Notes: a model not told the origin generated them from the sequence alone. Counted from the stretch's first letter, positions 8,098 to 18,468 are shown. The stretch is DNA of 64,000 nt from Vulcanimicrobiota bacterium (GCA_050250895.1 JBFWNU010000003.1:363302-427301); one strand, 5' to 3'. Program-made: numbers and translations.

Positions 8098-10376
8098 AGG
8101 CTCATTTTGGCGAGTTGATAGACGCGCATCAACTCGGTACTGGGTTCGGCCTGCAACTCGGTCTGCAGCGCCAGACGAGCCTGCTCGTACTGTCGCAAAG
8201 CAAGCTCGGGCCGCTGCTGAGCGATGTGAGCCTCCATCAGCAAGCGGTGGGCGGGCTGGTGACAGGGGTCGCGTTCGAGCAGCCGTAGCGCCACCTCGAT
8301 CAGCTCGGGATAGTGGCCCAGTTCACGGCACACCCCGGCCAATAGTTCGAAGCATTCGGTGGTCTGGCGCTCGAACTCGCGCCGCTGGGTGTGGGCCCAC
8401 TCCATCGAGCAATCTTCGAGATAGTCTCCGCGCACGAGCGCGTAGGCTGCCCGCAAGCGCTGATAGGCCTGGCGCAACTCGCCCCGCTGTTGCAGTTGGC
8501 GGGCCTTGTCGAGCTCGGTGGTGAAGCTTTCCAGGTCGTGCCAGACCGGCGCCTCTTCGCCCAGGACCACGAATTCGTGCTTTCTCACCACCAGTTCGTC
8601 GACCGTGTCGAGGCCCGCCTCCAACAACACCTTGCGCATGTCCGACAGGGTCTGGGAGAGGTTCTTCTTGCCGGCATCAGGGCGAACCCCCGGCCAGAAT
8701 TGTTCGATGATCGACTCGCTGAGCACCGGTTTGCCCGCGCGCAAGGCCAGGCAGGCCAGCATAAAGCGCGAGCGCGAGGTTCGCCAGACCCGCTCCGAGA
8801 CGCGTTGATCGCCGATCCAGACCTCGAAGGGACCGAGCGAGAATAGGCGCAGGGTGGGGGCACCCACCGGATGATGCCCGGCGATGAGTTGCTCGACTCG
8901 AGCCCGAGTGGTCTCGTCAGGGGCCTGGCCGAAAAGACGCTGCAAGGCCGGCATGAAGGCCGTCGGGCCGGCGCGCTCGATGAGCTCCAGCAACAGGCCG
9001 CAGGCGGCCGCGTCCTGAGTCTCGCCCACCAGGCGCGAGACCGCTCCGGGAGCCTCGCGGACCAGCCGCAACAGAAGCCGGTCTAGCTCGGGCCGAGGCC
9101 GCGACAGCTGCTCGCGCAGGAGAGCTTTCAGCAGCCAGCCGGCGTGGGGTAGCAAGAAGTCGAGGTTTTCTACCGCCAGGGCTGCCTCGAACCGTTCCTC
9201 CCGGGCTCCAGCCGGGTGACCGGCAGCCCGCAGCCCCAGGGTGGCCTGGGCGGCCAGCCCGTCCAAGCCCAGTCGTTCGAGCTTCTCCAGCGAGCGAGCC
9301 AGTAGCTGGGCACCGTCGGCATGGCCCATTCCCAGGCTGGTGAGGCCGGCTTCCAGTTCGAGTTCGGCTCCCGCCTGGGGACCCAGGTTGGGACTCAGGG
9401 CCAGCAATTGGCGCAAACGAGCCATCGACTGGTCGGTGCGGCCAGCGGCCCAATCCAGCTGGCTCAACTCGAGCAGCGCCTGGCCGGCTTCGCGGGTTTT
9501 CGAATTGTCCACCAGCTGGGTGAAGGCCTCGGCCGCGGCGCTGGCCTCTCCTGAGGCCAGCAGGGTCCGTCCCAACGAGAGCAGGTGACGTCGCTCGCGG
9601 CCGGCCCGGGCTAGCTGGGGGTCGTGAGCTGAAAGGCCGGTCAATTCTTCCAGGCGGGCCACCAGGCCGGGCTGGTCGGCCGTTTTCAGGCACAGCGCTC
9701 CCAGGCCGGCCAGGCTCGTCTCTTCTTCTTGTTGCTGGCCGATTTCGTGGGCCAGGGCCAGCACCGTCTCGGGCAACCGGGGCAGGCGGCCGGTCTCGTC
9801 GAGCAACCGATAGAGCACGGCCGCCTGCAATTCGGTGGCCGCGTCGTTGGCGTGGCCCAGGCCCAGGGCGAAGTGGCGGGCCAGGCGCCCGCACTCGACC
9901 AGCTTCTTGTCCTGGCCAAACTCCAGGCCACCTACCAGGAACTCCAGCGACCACACGATCAGCTCCAGGGCTGTCTGTTCTCGTTCTTGCAGGCGTCGCC
10001 GTTGGAAGAGTTCGCGCTCGAGCCGGCGCACAGCCTCGAGCAGCAACTCGGATTTGAAAGGCTTCTTGAGATAATCCCCCACCCCCAGGCGCAGGGCCCT
10101 GAGCGTGTCGGCCTCGGTGGCATAGCCGGTCATGACCACGCTCAGCACGTCGGGGTTCTCTTTTTTGAAGCGAGCCAGCACCTCCAGGCCGTCCGGGCCC
10201 GGAAGCTTGACGTCGAACACCAGGATGTCAAAGGGGTGAACGCTGGCTTGAGCCACCGCTTCGGCTCCGTCGCCGGCACCAAAGACCTCGAACCCTTCCA
10301 ATTGCAACAGGTCGCCCAACACCTCGCGCAATTCAGCATCGTCTTCCAACAGCAGGATTCGGGTAGGGGCCGACAT
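8094..10376 (-). CDS. Response regulator: REC domain + helical region + OmpR-like winged helix/BTAD (SARP-type) output
   Basis: RILLLEDD...FDVKLPGPDG...GDYLKKPF; LRLFSLGPFEV, QFWP, RGDYLED, ERDPCHQPAHRLLM, ALRQYE, ELQAEPS; the ORF-track extension to 11030 is antisense to pilC. Confidence 0.88.
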   Translation of the reverse strand: MSAPTRILLLEDDAELREVLGDLLQLEGFEVFGAGDGAEAVAQASVHPFDILVFDVKLPGPDGLEVLARFKKENPDVLSVVMTGYATEADTLRALRLGVGDYLKKPFKSELLLEAVRRLERELFQRRRLQEREQTALELIVWSLEFLVGGLEFGQDKKLVECGRLARHFALGLGHANDAATELQAAVLYRLLDETGRLPRLPETVLALAHEIGQQQEEETSLAGLGALCLKTADQPGLVARLEELTGLSAHDPQLARAGRERRHLLSLGRTLLASGEASAAAEAFTQLVDNSKTREAGQALLELSQLDWAAGRTDQSMARLRQLLALSPNLGPQAGAELELEAGLTSLGMGHADGAQLLARSLEKLERLGLDGLAAQATLGLRAAGHPAGAREERFEAALAVENLDFLLPHAGWLLKALLREQLSRPRPELDRLLLRLVREAPGAVSRLVGETQDAAACGLLLELIERAGPTAFMPALQRLFGQAPDETTRARVEQLIAGHHPVGAPTLRLFSLGPFEVWIGDQRVSERVWRTSRSRFMLACLALRAGKPVLSESIIEQFWPGVRPDAGKKNLSQTLSDMRKVLLEAGLDTVDELVVRKHEFVVLGEEAPVWHDLESFTTELDKARQLQQRGELRQAYQRLRAAYALVRGDYLEDCSMEWAHTQRREFERQTTECFELLAGVCRELGHYPELIEVALRLLERDPCHQPAHRLLMEAHIAQQRPELALRQYEQARLALQTELQAEPSTELMRVYQLAKMSL

Positions 10377-10448
10377 GCCAGCCCACTTTGAAGTTCTGAC
10401 GGCCGATTCCCTGCCAGGGCCAACCACCTCCAGCACGAAACCAGAGGG

Positions 10449-11495
10449 GTGACTACCGACCGCCGCCTGGAGCTCGAGCCAGAACCGTTGATTCTGGCCG
10501 AACGGCGCGATTTTTTCGTGCAGATCGCGGTCATGTTCGCGGCCGGGTGCCCGCTGTCGAAAGCCTTGTTCACCCTTTCGCAAGGCAGCGAGTTGCCGCG
10601 GTTGGCGGGTGGGGCCGAGCGCGTGTTGCGCCGGCTCGAGCACGGCGCCAGCTTTTCGGCGGCGCTGGCCCAGGAGGGCTCTTTTAGCCGGGCCGAGGTG
10701 GGGCTGGTTCGGATGGGCGAAGAAACGGGGCGCCTGCGAGCCGTGCTCGAGCGACTGGGCGAGAACCTCTCGGACACTCTGGGCTATCGCCGCCGCCTGG
10801 TCGAGGCGGGCATCTATCCCGTGTTTGCGGTCGTTTTCTCGAGCCTGTTGATTGGGCTGATGGCCTTTGTCTTTCTGCCGCGCATCTTGCCGGTGGTGAT
10901 CGGTTTCGGGATCGAGTTGCCGTGGCCCACCCGGCTGGTGGTGGGATTGTCTCGTCTGGTCCCCTGGCTGGTACCGGTGGGACTGGCCGGCTCCATCGGG
11001 TTTTTGCTGCTGCTGCGCGAGCCCAGGCATCAGGAGCGATTGCTCTTCTCGCTACCGCTCGTGCGCGGGGTCTTGCGCGCGGCCAGCCTGGCCGAAGCTT
11101 CCGCGGGTCTGGCTTTGCTCCTCTCGGCCGGAGCCACCCTGGATCGGAGCTTCGAACTGCTGACGCCATACCTGGCCGACCCCCAATTGCGGGCCGTGCT
11201 GGGACGCTTGCAAGCCCGCTTGCGTTCGGGCGAGACGCTGACTCAGGCGTTGAGTCACGAGCCGGAACTGCCTCCTCTGTGGCGCCAATTCATGGCCAGT
11301 GGTGAAGAATCGGGCCGGCTCGAGTTTTTCGCCCAGCAGGCCAGTCTCCACCTGCGCCAGGAGGTGGCGCTGCAAACCGACCGGGCCATCACTCTCTTCG
11401 AGCCCTTGCTATTGTTCTTTCTGGGCGCTGTGGTGGGGTTTCTCTTGCTGGCCTGTTTCTTGCCGTTCTATAACTTGCTAAACGTCGTGGTTTGA
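10449..11495 (+). CDS. Type II secretion system F / PilC-family inner-membrane platform protein
   Basis: Two GspF domains (MGEETGRL, SGEESGRL), IYP, ELPWPTR, FEPLL...LPFY. Confidence 0.88.
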   Translation: MTTDRRLELEPEPLILAERRDFFVQIAVMFAAGCPLSKALFTLSQGSELPRLAGGAERVLRRLEHGASFSAALAQEGSFSRAEVGLVRMGEETGRLRAVLERLGENLSDTLGYRRRLVEAGIYPVFAVVFSSLLIGLMAFVFLPRILPVVIGFGIELPWPTRLVVGLSRLVPWLVPVGLAGSIGFLLLLREPRHQERLLFSLPLVRGVLRAASLAEASAGLALLLSAGATLDRSFELLTPYLADPQLRAVLGRLQARLRSGETLTQALSHEPELPPLWRQFMASGEESGRLEFFAQQASLHLRQEVALQTDRAITLFEPLLLFFLGAVVGFLLLACFLPFYNLLNVVV

Positions 11496-11538
11496 GAGTC
11501 TACCCAGGGCCCTCGGGACGAGCCTCGAAGAGGCCAGA

Positions 11539-13035
11539 ATGCGAGCTCCCCTGTTGACCATGGAAGGCATTTCCAAGTTCTTTCCGGGGGTGCGAGCCCT
11601 GGAGGGCGTGGGTCTGCAGCTTTACGCCGGTGAGTTGCACGCCCTGATGGGCGAGAACGGGGCCGGCAAGTCGACCCTGATGAAGGTGCTGGGCGGAGTC
11701 CACCGGCCCGACCAGGGCCAGATGACCTTGCGCGGCCAGCCTTACGCGCCGAACTCGCCGCTCGAGGCGCGCCAGAGCGGCATCGGGTTCGTCCATCAAG
11801 AGCTCAAGCTGGCCACCAACCTCAGCGTGGCCGAGAACATCTGCCTGGGCCGCATGCCGACCCGCGGCTTTGGGGTGGTCGACCGTGTCCGCATGCATCA
11901 GCTGGCAGGACAAGCCCTGCAAGAGCTTGGGGTCGAACTACCCACCAGCGCTCGGGTGGGCGATCTCAATGTGGCCAATCAGCAGATGGTCGAATTGGCC
12001 AAAGCCATCGCTCTCAAAAGCGACATTCTCATCATGGACGAGCCCACCGCCTCGCTGAGCCAGAAAGAAACCCGGCACCTGTTCGAGATCATCGCCCGGC
12101 TCAAAGCCGCTGGCACGGCCATCGTCTATATCTCGCACCGCATGGAAGAGGTGTATGAATTGAGCGAGCGCATTACCGTGCTGCGCGACGGCCAGTCGGT
12201 GGGCAGTTGGGCCACCGCCGAACTCGACCAGAACGCCCTGGTCAAGGCCATGGTCGGCCGCGAACTCAAAGAGCAGTTTCCCGTGCGTCACCCCGAGTTG
12301 GGCCAGGAGGTCTTGCGGGTGGAGGGCCTTACGAGGACCGGTGTGTTTAGCGACGTCTCGTTTTCGCTGGTGGCCGGAGAGATCGTCGGCATGGGGGGGC
12401 TGGTGGGGGCCGGCCGCACCGAGATTGCCCGCGCCATCGTGGGCGCCGACCCCCGTCATTCCGGACGCGTGTTGCTGCAGGGCGAGCCCATCGACACCGC
12501 CACTGTTCGCGAGGGGATCGCCCACGGGCTCGGCTATATCACCGAAGACCGCAAGGGAGAGGGCCTGGTGCTGGGGCTGTCCATCGAAGAAAACGTCACT
12601 TTGCCCAATCTTGGCGCCATCGCCAGGGGCATGCTCATCGACCGGGCCCGCAGCCGGGCCATGGCCGAGGATTGCGTCGAGCGCCTCAAAGTGCGCACGC
12701 CTTCCGTGGCCCAGGCGGTGGCCAATCTCTCGGGCGGCAATCAGCAAAAGGTGGTCATCGGCAAATGGCTGGCCCGCAATTGTCGCGTCTTGATTTTCGA
12801 CGAGCCTACCCGCGGCGTCGACATCGGAGCGCGGGCCGAGATCTACTCCATCATTGAAGAATTGGCCGAGGCCGGGGTGGGCATTCTGGTCATCTCGTCG
12901 GACTTGCCCGAACTGCTAGGCTTGTCGGACCGGGTGCTGGTCGTGCACCAGGGTCGTGTGGCGGGCGAATTCGGCCGAGACGAGGCGACTCCCGAAAAGG
13001 TCATCTCGGTCGCCTTCACGGGGAGGGTAGCCTGA
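11539..13035 (+). CDS. rbsA: Monosaccharide (ribose-type) ABC transporter ATP-binding protein
   Basis: GENGAGKSTL, MDEPT, YISHRMEE, TEDRKGEGL, LSGGNQQKV, DEPTRGVDIGA. Confidence 0.92.
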   Translation: MRAPLLTMEGISKFFPGVRALEGVGLQLYAGELHALMGENGAGKSTLMKVLGGVHRPDQGQMTLRGQPYAPNSPLEARQSGIGFVHQELKLATNLSVAENICLGRMPTRGFGVVDRVRMHQLAGQALQELGVELPTSARVGDLNVANQQMVELAKAIALKSDILIMDEPTASLSQKETRHLFEIIARLKAAGTAIVYISHRMEEVYELSERITVLRDGQSVGSWATAELDQNALVKAMVGRELKEQFPVRHPELGQEVLRVEGLTRTGVFSDVSFSLVAGEIVGMGGLVGAGRTEIARAIVGADPRHSGRVLLQGEPIDTATVREGIAHGLGYITEDRKGEGLVLGLSIEENVTLPNLGAIARGMLIDRARSRAMAEDCVERLKVRTPSVAQAVANLSGGNQQKVVIGKWLARNCRVLIFDEPTRGVDIGARAEIYSIIEELAEAGVGILVISSDLPELLGLSDRVLVVHQGRVAGEFGRDEATPEKVISVAFTGRVA

Positions 13036-14921
13036 AGATCGATCTTGCCAAACTGGGTCCGGCCCTGGGTCTGGCCGGGCTCTGTTTACTGCTGAGTTTG
13101 CTCACTCCCACCTTTCTCACGGCCGACAACCTGACCAACGTGTTGCTCCAATCGGCCATCACCTCGGTGCTGGCGGTGGGCATGACGTTCGTCATTCTCA
13201 CCGGCGGCATCGACCTGGGGGTGGGCTCGGTGTTGGCTCTGAGCGGGGTGGCCCTGGGTCACACCCTCAAGTCGGGAACGCCGCTGGTGGTGGGACTGGC
13301 CGTCGGTCTGGCCGTGGGGGCGGCCTGCGGTCTGGTCAACGGAACCCTGATCACCAAAGGCAAGCTGCCTCCTTTCATCGCCACCTTGGGGATGATGAGC
13401 GCGGCCCGCGGTTTGGGCTATGTCATCAGCGGCGGGCGGCCGTACTCGGGCTATGGGCAGCAGTTTCCGGCTTTTCTGGCCCTGGCCAAAGCGGGCGTGA
13501 TGATCGTCATCATGTTCGCCGTCTTCGCCCTGGCCTGGTTCGTGCTCAGCTCGACCACCTTCGGGCGCTCGGTTTATGCCATCGGAGGCAACCTCGAGGC
13601 GGCCTGGTTGTCGGGTATCGCCACCGACCGGGTGTTGATCGTGGTCTATACCCTGTGCGGGCTGTTGTCGGGCCTGGCCGCCATCTTGCAGACCGCTCGA
13701 CTCGACTCGGCCAATGCTAACGCCGGCCTGATGTTCGAGCTAAACGCCATCGCCGCGGTGGTGATCGGAGGCACCTCACTGATGGGAGGCTCGGGCAGCG
13801 TGCTCGGCACCCTGGGAGGGGCCCTCATCATCAGCGTGCTCAACAACGGCCTGAACCTGCTCAACGTCGACCCTAACGTGCAGCCGCTCGTCTTGGGAGC
13901 GGTCATCGTGCTGGCCGTCTTGCTCGATTGCTGGAAGGCCGACCTGGGCCAGCGGGTAGGCGGACTATGGAAGCGCTGGCCGCTGCTGACGGCAGCGGTG
14001 GTGGCCATGTTCGCCGGCTCGGTGCTGGCCGGAGCTTGGAGCTATCGGGTCTCTCAAGAGCAAGTGGCGGCCAATTCGACCTACACCGTGGCCCTGGTGC
14101 TCAAGACCGTCAACAACCCCTTCTGGGTCGACGTGCGCGAGGGCGCCCTGGCCGAAGCCGCCAATTCGAAGGTGCAATTGCTGGTGCAAGCGCCTCCCCA
14201 AGAGACCGATGTCGAGCGCCAGCGTCAGATCGTCGAGAACATGATCTTGCGCAAGGTCGACGCCATCATCCTGGCCCCCTGCGGGGGCAAAGAGCTGGTC
14301 GGCGTGGTCAAACTGGCCAACCAGGCCAACATCCCGGTGTTGATCATCGACTCCAAGCTCGACGAGCAGGTGGTGGCCTCGCAACAGGCCCGCTTCGAGA
14401 CCTTCATCGGGTCCGACAACTTCAAAGGCGGGCAACTGGCCGGCCAACGGCTCAGCCAAGCCCTGGCCGGGCAGGGCAAGGTGGCCATCATCGAGGGTAT
14501 CACCGGTCACGAGTCGACCGACGCCCGCCGCGACGGCTTTCTCGACGCGCTCGCCCAGTCTCCGGCTATCGAGGTGGTCTCTTCGCAGCCGGCCAACGCC
14601 GACCAGGAGAAGGCCTACTCGGTCACCCAGAACCTCTTCCAGGCCCACCCCGAGATCACCGCCGTCTTCGCCTGCAATGACGTCATGGCCCTGGGAGCCC
14701 TGCGGGCGCTCGAGAGCATGGGCCGCCAGGACGTCAAGGTGGTGGGCTTCGACGCCTCCGACGACGCCCGCAACGCCATCAAGAACGGTAAGATGCTGGC
14801 CTCGGTGGCCCAGTATCCCAGCGAGATGGGACGCCTGGGTGTGGTCAACGCGGTCAAGCTGCTCCAAGGCGAGAAGATTCCCGCCCTGGTCCCTACCAAA
14901 GTCGAGGTGGTCGACCAGTAA
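13032..14921 (+). CDS. Fused sugar ABC permease (RbsC-like) + substrate-binding protein (RbsB-like)
   Basis: [39 protein letters not shown] then [25 protein letters not shown]; probable CTG start at 13032 after GGGAGG (first standard start is TTG 13098). Confidence 0.88.
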   Translation: MKIDLAKLGPALGLAGLCLLLSLLTPTFLTADNLTNVLLQSAITSVLAVGMTFVILTGGIDLGVGSVLALSGVALGHTLKSGTPLVVGLAVGLAVGAACGLVNGTLITKGKLPPFIATLGMMSAARGLGYVISGGRPYSGYGQQFPAFLALAKAGVMIVIMFAVFALAWFVLSSTTFGRSVYAIGGNLEAAWLSGIATDRVLIVVYTLCGLLSGLAAILQTARLDSANANAGLMFELNAIAAVVIGGTSLMGGSGSVLGTLGGALIISVLNNGLNLLNVDPNVQPLVLGAVIVLAVLLDCWKADLGQRVGGLWKRWPLLTAAVVAMFAGSVLAGAWSYRVSQEQVAANSTYTVALVLKTVNNPFWVDVREGALAEAANSKVQLLVQAPPQETDVERQRQIVENMILRKVDAIILAPCGGKELVGVVKLANQANIPVLIIDSKLDEQVVASQQARFETFIGSDNFKGGQLAGQRLSQALAGQGKVAIIEGITGHESTDARRDGFLDALAQSPAIEVVSSQPANADQEKAYSVTQNLFQAHPEITAVFACNDVMALGALRALESMGRQDVKVVGFDASDDARNAIKNGKMLASVAQYPSEMGRLGVVNAVKLLQGEKIPALVPTKVEVVDQ

Positions 14922-14939
14922 ATAGCCAATATCTTCCGG

Positions 14940-15710
14940 ATGAGGGATCTGGCGCGGGTGCTGGCCATGGCCGATACGGCTCTTCGCCGAGGGGAGTACA
15001 TGGAGTGTGTGAAGATGTGCCACGAGGCCCTCTCCCAGACCCAGGACGCACGCCTGCATCGGCGGCTCGGCGTGGCTGCCCGCGAGCTAGGCTGGCTCGA
15101 GCAGGCTCTGGCCGCCTTTGATCAGGTCTGCCTGGATGACCCCGACGACCTGGACGCCCGTCATCAACGCATGTGTCTCAATGCCAGTCTCGGCAAGCAC
15201 ATGGCCGTGCTGGTCGACTCTGACCTGTTGAACGACTATCACGACGGCGTCGATTTTCAATCCATGCGGGGTCGAGCCTGCCTCGAGCAGGGCCGCTTTG
15301 AAGAAGCGGCCCAGGCCTTCGGGCGGGCCGGCATGGCCGAGCTTCAGGCCGAGGCTCTCTTTCGGCTGGCTTGCCAGCAGTGGGAGGCGGGCAATTATCC
15401 GCAAGCCTGGTCCAACTTCGATCGGGCCGAGCCCCATGTCGTTGATCCGAAGTCGCTTTTGACCCTCTACTTCCAGCGCCAACGCATTCATGCTCGCCTG
15501 GGGCACCTCGACTCGGCTCTGGCCGACATCGGGCGCGCCCTGGCCCAACCGGACGTTCCTCACCCACTCAAAGTGATGCTCTGGTGCGAACGGGCCGAGC
15601 TGCACTCGCGGCTGGGCCAAATCGAGCTGGCCAGAGCGGACCTCGAGCAGGCCCGGCTGCTTGATCCTGACAGCCCGGTGGTGAGGGCCTATCAGAAAGG
15701 TCTGACGTAG
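14940..15710 (+). CDS. TPR-repeat protein
   Basis: Repeated TPR-like helices (RG..LEQGRFEEAAQAF, ALADIGRAL, ARADLEQARLLDP). Confidence 0.8.
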   Translation: MRDLARVLAMADTALRRGEYMECVKMCHEALSQTQDARLHRRLGVAARELGWLEQALAAFDQVCLDDPDDLDARHQRMCLNASLGKHMAVLVDSDLLNDYHDGVDFQSMRGRACLEQGRFEEAAQAFGRAGMAELQAEALFRLACQQWEAGNYPQAWSNFDRAEPHVVDPKSLLTLYFQRQRIHARLGHLDSALADIGRALAQPDVPHPLKVMLWCERAELHSRLGQIELARADLEQARLLDPDSPVVRAYQKGLT

Positions 15711-16189
15711 AACTCGGTCTTGCCTTCGTAGGTCGAGCCATCAGGCGAGGTGGTCTTGATCCTCAGCACCGTCATGGGCCCCTGGCGCTCGACCTCGAAA
15801 CTGCCCTCGCCCAGCCGGGCCAGCAGCCGGGGGGGCGTCCCCACCGGCTTCTCGAGCAGTAGCTGGTCGCCCACCTGCGAGATCCTGGCCTGCTGAGTGT
15901 AGTCGGGGCGTCCCTCGGCATCCACCACCAGCCGGCGACCCTCGACCCTGGGATAGCGAAACTCGAGCGTAACGGCCTGGCCGCTCAGCGGCGAGATCAG
16001 TCGGGCGCCACGCAGCTCTTCGCGGCTGCGGGCGAAGGCCAGGCTGCCCTGACGAAAGGCTTCGGTCTCACTGTCAAGCTCGCGGCCGGCCCGCCCGGCC
16101 ACCGTCATCAGGGCCCAGCCCATCAACCCCAACAGCACGAAGATGGCCGAGGCCACCAGGACTTCCGGCAGCGTGAAGCCGCGCCTCAT
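15692..16189 (-). CDS. Prepilin-type N-terminal cleavage/methylation protein (minor pilin/pseudopilin)
   Basis: MRRG/FTLPEVLVA class III signal; ATG 16189 overlaps the upstream stop. Confidence 0.85.
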   Translation of the reverse strand: MRRGFTLPEVLVASAIFVLLGLMGWALMTVAGRAGRELDSETEAFRQGSLAFARSREELRGARLISPLSGQAVTLEFRYPRVEGRRLVVDAEGRPDYTQQARISQVGDQLLLEKPVGTPPRLLARLGEGSFEVERQGPMTVLRIKTTSPDGSTYEGKTEFYVRPF

Positions 16190-16572
16190 GGCCGGGCGAA
16201 CCTTTCCATCAGGCGATAGGTCTGATCGCCATTGGCGTCGTGCCAGAAGACGACCACCTCGACCTCTTTGAGCGAGGTATCGGGGAGGCTCAGGCTGGCG
16301 CCAACCCAGCGCTGACTTCGCATCAATCGAAAGTTGCCGTCCTCGGGGTGGGGGTCGAGGGTGGTCGAGACATCCTCGTCGAGGTTGGTCTCGAGTAAGG
16401 CCCGGGCCTGTTCCATCGAGGTCAGACACAGCATCGAAGCCCGTTGGCGCGTGGTTTGCTTGCTCTCGAGACGGCCCGCGAAGATGACCGTGGCCAGCAC
16501 TCCCAGCACGGCCAGAGTCAGAAAGGCCAGCGCGATCAGCGCTTCTAGTAGCGAAAAGCCCCTTTTTACCAC
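16186..16572 (-). CDS. Prepilin-type protein (PilV-like minor pilin)
   Basis: KRG/FSLLEALIAL class III signal; C-terminal LKEVEVVVFW. Confidence 0.85.
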   Translation of the reverse strand: MVKRGFSLLEALIALAFLTLAVLGVLATVIFAGRLESKQTTRQRASMLCLTSMEQARALLETNLDEDVSTTLDPHPEDGNFRLMRSQRWVGASLSLPDTSLKEVEVVVFWHDANGDQTYRLMERFARP

Positions 16573-18428
16573 TCGGCGGTCGGCTCGAAGACGAAGCGAT
16601 CCGGCACCGGCCGCGCTCCCGGGGTCAGGCCGAAATACTCCGACAGACCTCCAGAGGAAGGATCGGGGACCTGGATGGGCTCGCTGAGCAAGCCGCTCAA
16701 GTCGGTGGTGAAGTAGCAATCCGGCTCGCCCATCGGCCTCAGGTCTTGCAAGGTTAGCTTGCCGTCGGGTCGCGAAGCCAGCGACCCGGCCTGGTGAAAA
16801 GTCGAGGTGTTGATCGAGGTAGGGCTCCACTGGCCGTCTTTATACATCAACACCACATCGGGGCTGGCCAGTTGGTAAGTGGGAATACTCACGCTCACGC
16901 CAGCCCCGAATCCAGCCGTGAAGTTCCCGTTTTGAGCAATGTCCTCAGAGGCGCGCCAGAGCACGTAGACCTCTCCCTCGCTACCGATTTCGAGGTCGCC
17001 CCAGGTGTTGGCGAAGCGTCGGGCCTGCACGGTTTTACCGGCCTCGTCGAGAAAGACACCGGGCGGCGGAGGCAGCGCGCTCCATTCGCCGGTGACAGCG
17101 TCGCGCCGGCTGATGGTGTAAAGATTGGAATCGCCGTGGTGGGCATAGAGATTGCCAGCGGCGTCTGCTTCGAGTTCAACAATGCACTGGGATGGGTTGT
17201 CGGACTGTTCCAGAGTGAAATCGGGCTCGGCGCCAAAGGCTCCGCCCGCTTTGCCTGCCGGTGCAGGACCCTCGGGCCCGGCGACCCCTCCGAACAAGAC
17301 TGGACTGCCCGCGTTTCCGCTAAAGGAGCCGCTCGAGGGGGGAGCGCCCGGAAGGATGGGGGACGGCACCTTATAGCGCACTTCCAGGGCGGGTGGAGGG
17401 GAAATATCCTCCCACCGTTCGCTCTCGTAGGTGTAACGGCGAATGGCGTCGGGCCCTCGGCGCAGCACGGGCACATAGACCGATGCCCCGTCGCTGACGG
17501 GCTTTCCAGGCACCTGAGCTACGCGGTCGGTTGTGTCGGGCATCACGATGGGGATGCCCTCCCAGCTTCTGTTCTCGGACGAATAGTGATACAGCTCGGC
17601 CCCCGTGGTCAGGCCGATGGCCAGGTCCTGAAGCGGAAGCCGTCCTTCGGCCGGTCTCGGCGTCGGCGGCGGCATGTGGTTGCCAGAGTTGCCGGCGTTG
17701 CCAGCCACCCCTCCGCCGCTGAGAATCAGGTCTCCGTCGAGGGTTACCTCGTAGTTATACTCCAGCACTTCCGACAAGCGCCGCAGGAAGGCGGTGTTGA
17801 GCGAGCCATCGCGAACGAGCGAGTCGTTCTTGGCCACCACGGTCTGCATGAACTCGGGGGGAATCCCCGGGCCAGGCTGGCCATTGAGCGAGGGCAGAAA
17901 GAGGGCCCACAGTCCCCCCTGATGATCGGCCCTAAGAAAGGTCAGGCCCACCCCGGGAGCGGGCAGGCTCTGCCAGCCGTCCTGAGCGGTAGGCCGATAC
18001 AAGATCGTGTCGGAAGTGCTGACGTCGCCATCACTAAGCTGGGCATAGTCGACCCCCTCCACGGCCGGCTTCTTGTGCACCACCTGCTGGATGCTGACCG
18101 GCTCGCCCAGGCCGCCTTTGACTTCGGCCAGCAAGAACAGCACTTTGTCGCTCTCGCGCTCGACCCAGGCGTGAGCCGTCATGCCACTGGGCGCGTCTTC
18201 GAAGGACAGCTCTTGATGCTCGCTCTCGGTGCCTTCGTGGTTGAGGACTGCCAGGAGCGAGGCGATGGCGCTGCGGGCGAGCGACTCGCGCTGCAGGCGA
18301 GAACTCTCGAGCAACGTGGCTCGTGTCTCTTGACGCACCCGAACCACCATGGCCGAAGCCGCGAAAAAAGCGGCCATGACGAAGAAAAGAACCACCGGAA
18401 TGGCCAGGCCACGAAACTTGGTCGACAC
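16566..18428 (-). CDS. PilX/GspK-like N-terminus fused to a large beta-rich (propeller-like) domain; candidate pilus-tip protein
   Basis: RG/LAIPVVLFFV hydrophobic pilin-like start; repeated WxxLPxP / WEDISPP blades; first gene of the pilin operon; GTG 18428 lies 7 nt after TAAGAT. Confidence 0.7.
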   Translation of the reverse strand: MSTKFRGLAIPVVLFFVMAAFFAASAMVVRVRQETRATLLESSRLQRESLARSAIASLLAVLNHEGTESEHQELSFEDAPSGMTAHAWVERESDKVLFLLAEVKGGLGEPVSIQQVVHKKPAVEGVDYAQLSDGDVSTSDTILYRPTAQDGWQSLPAPGVGLTFLRADHQGGLWALFLPSLNGQPGPGIPPEFMQTVVAKNDSLVRDGSLNTAFLRRLSEVLEYNYEVTLDGDLILSGGGVAGNAGNSGNHMPPPTPRPAEGRLPLQDLAIGLTTGAELYHYSSENRSWEGIPIVMPDTTDRVAQVPGKPVSDGASVYVPVLRRGPDAIRRYTYESERWEDISPPPALEVRYKVPSPILPGAPPSSGSFSGNAGSPVLFGGVAGPEGPAPAGKAGGAFGAEPDFTLEQSDNPSQCIVELEADAAGNLYAHHGDSNLYTISRRDAVTGEWSALPPPPGVFLDEAGKTVQARRFANTWGDLEIGSEGEVYVLWRASEDIAQNGNFTAGFGAGVSVSIPTYQLASPDVVLMYKDGQWSPTSINTSTFHQAGSLASRPDGKLTLQDLRPMGEPDCYFTTDLSGLLSEPIQVPDPSSGGLSEYFGLTPGARPVPDRFVFEPTAEW

Positions 18429-18435
18429 GTAGTGG

Positions 18436-18468
18436 ATCTTACCATGGACTGGTGAAGATGGCCAGAAA
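18436..18468 (-). promoter_or_regulatory. Direct-repeat promoter motif TTTCT-N6-CTTCA-N11-TAAGAT
   Basis: Same spacing as the other copies; 7 nt to GTG start. Confidence 0.65.

Noticed and set aside
10377-11030. N-terminal extension of the response regulator (978-aa ORF)
   Set aside because: It is the antisense shadow of the PilC-family gene; the REC domain starts at ATG 10376.
16794-18455. Long opposite-strand ORFs (also 2972-4378, 13965-15059, 50175-51161, 61994-62788)
   Set aside because: Typical high-GC antisense shadows of well-supported genes, with no motifs.
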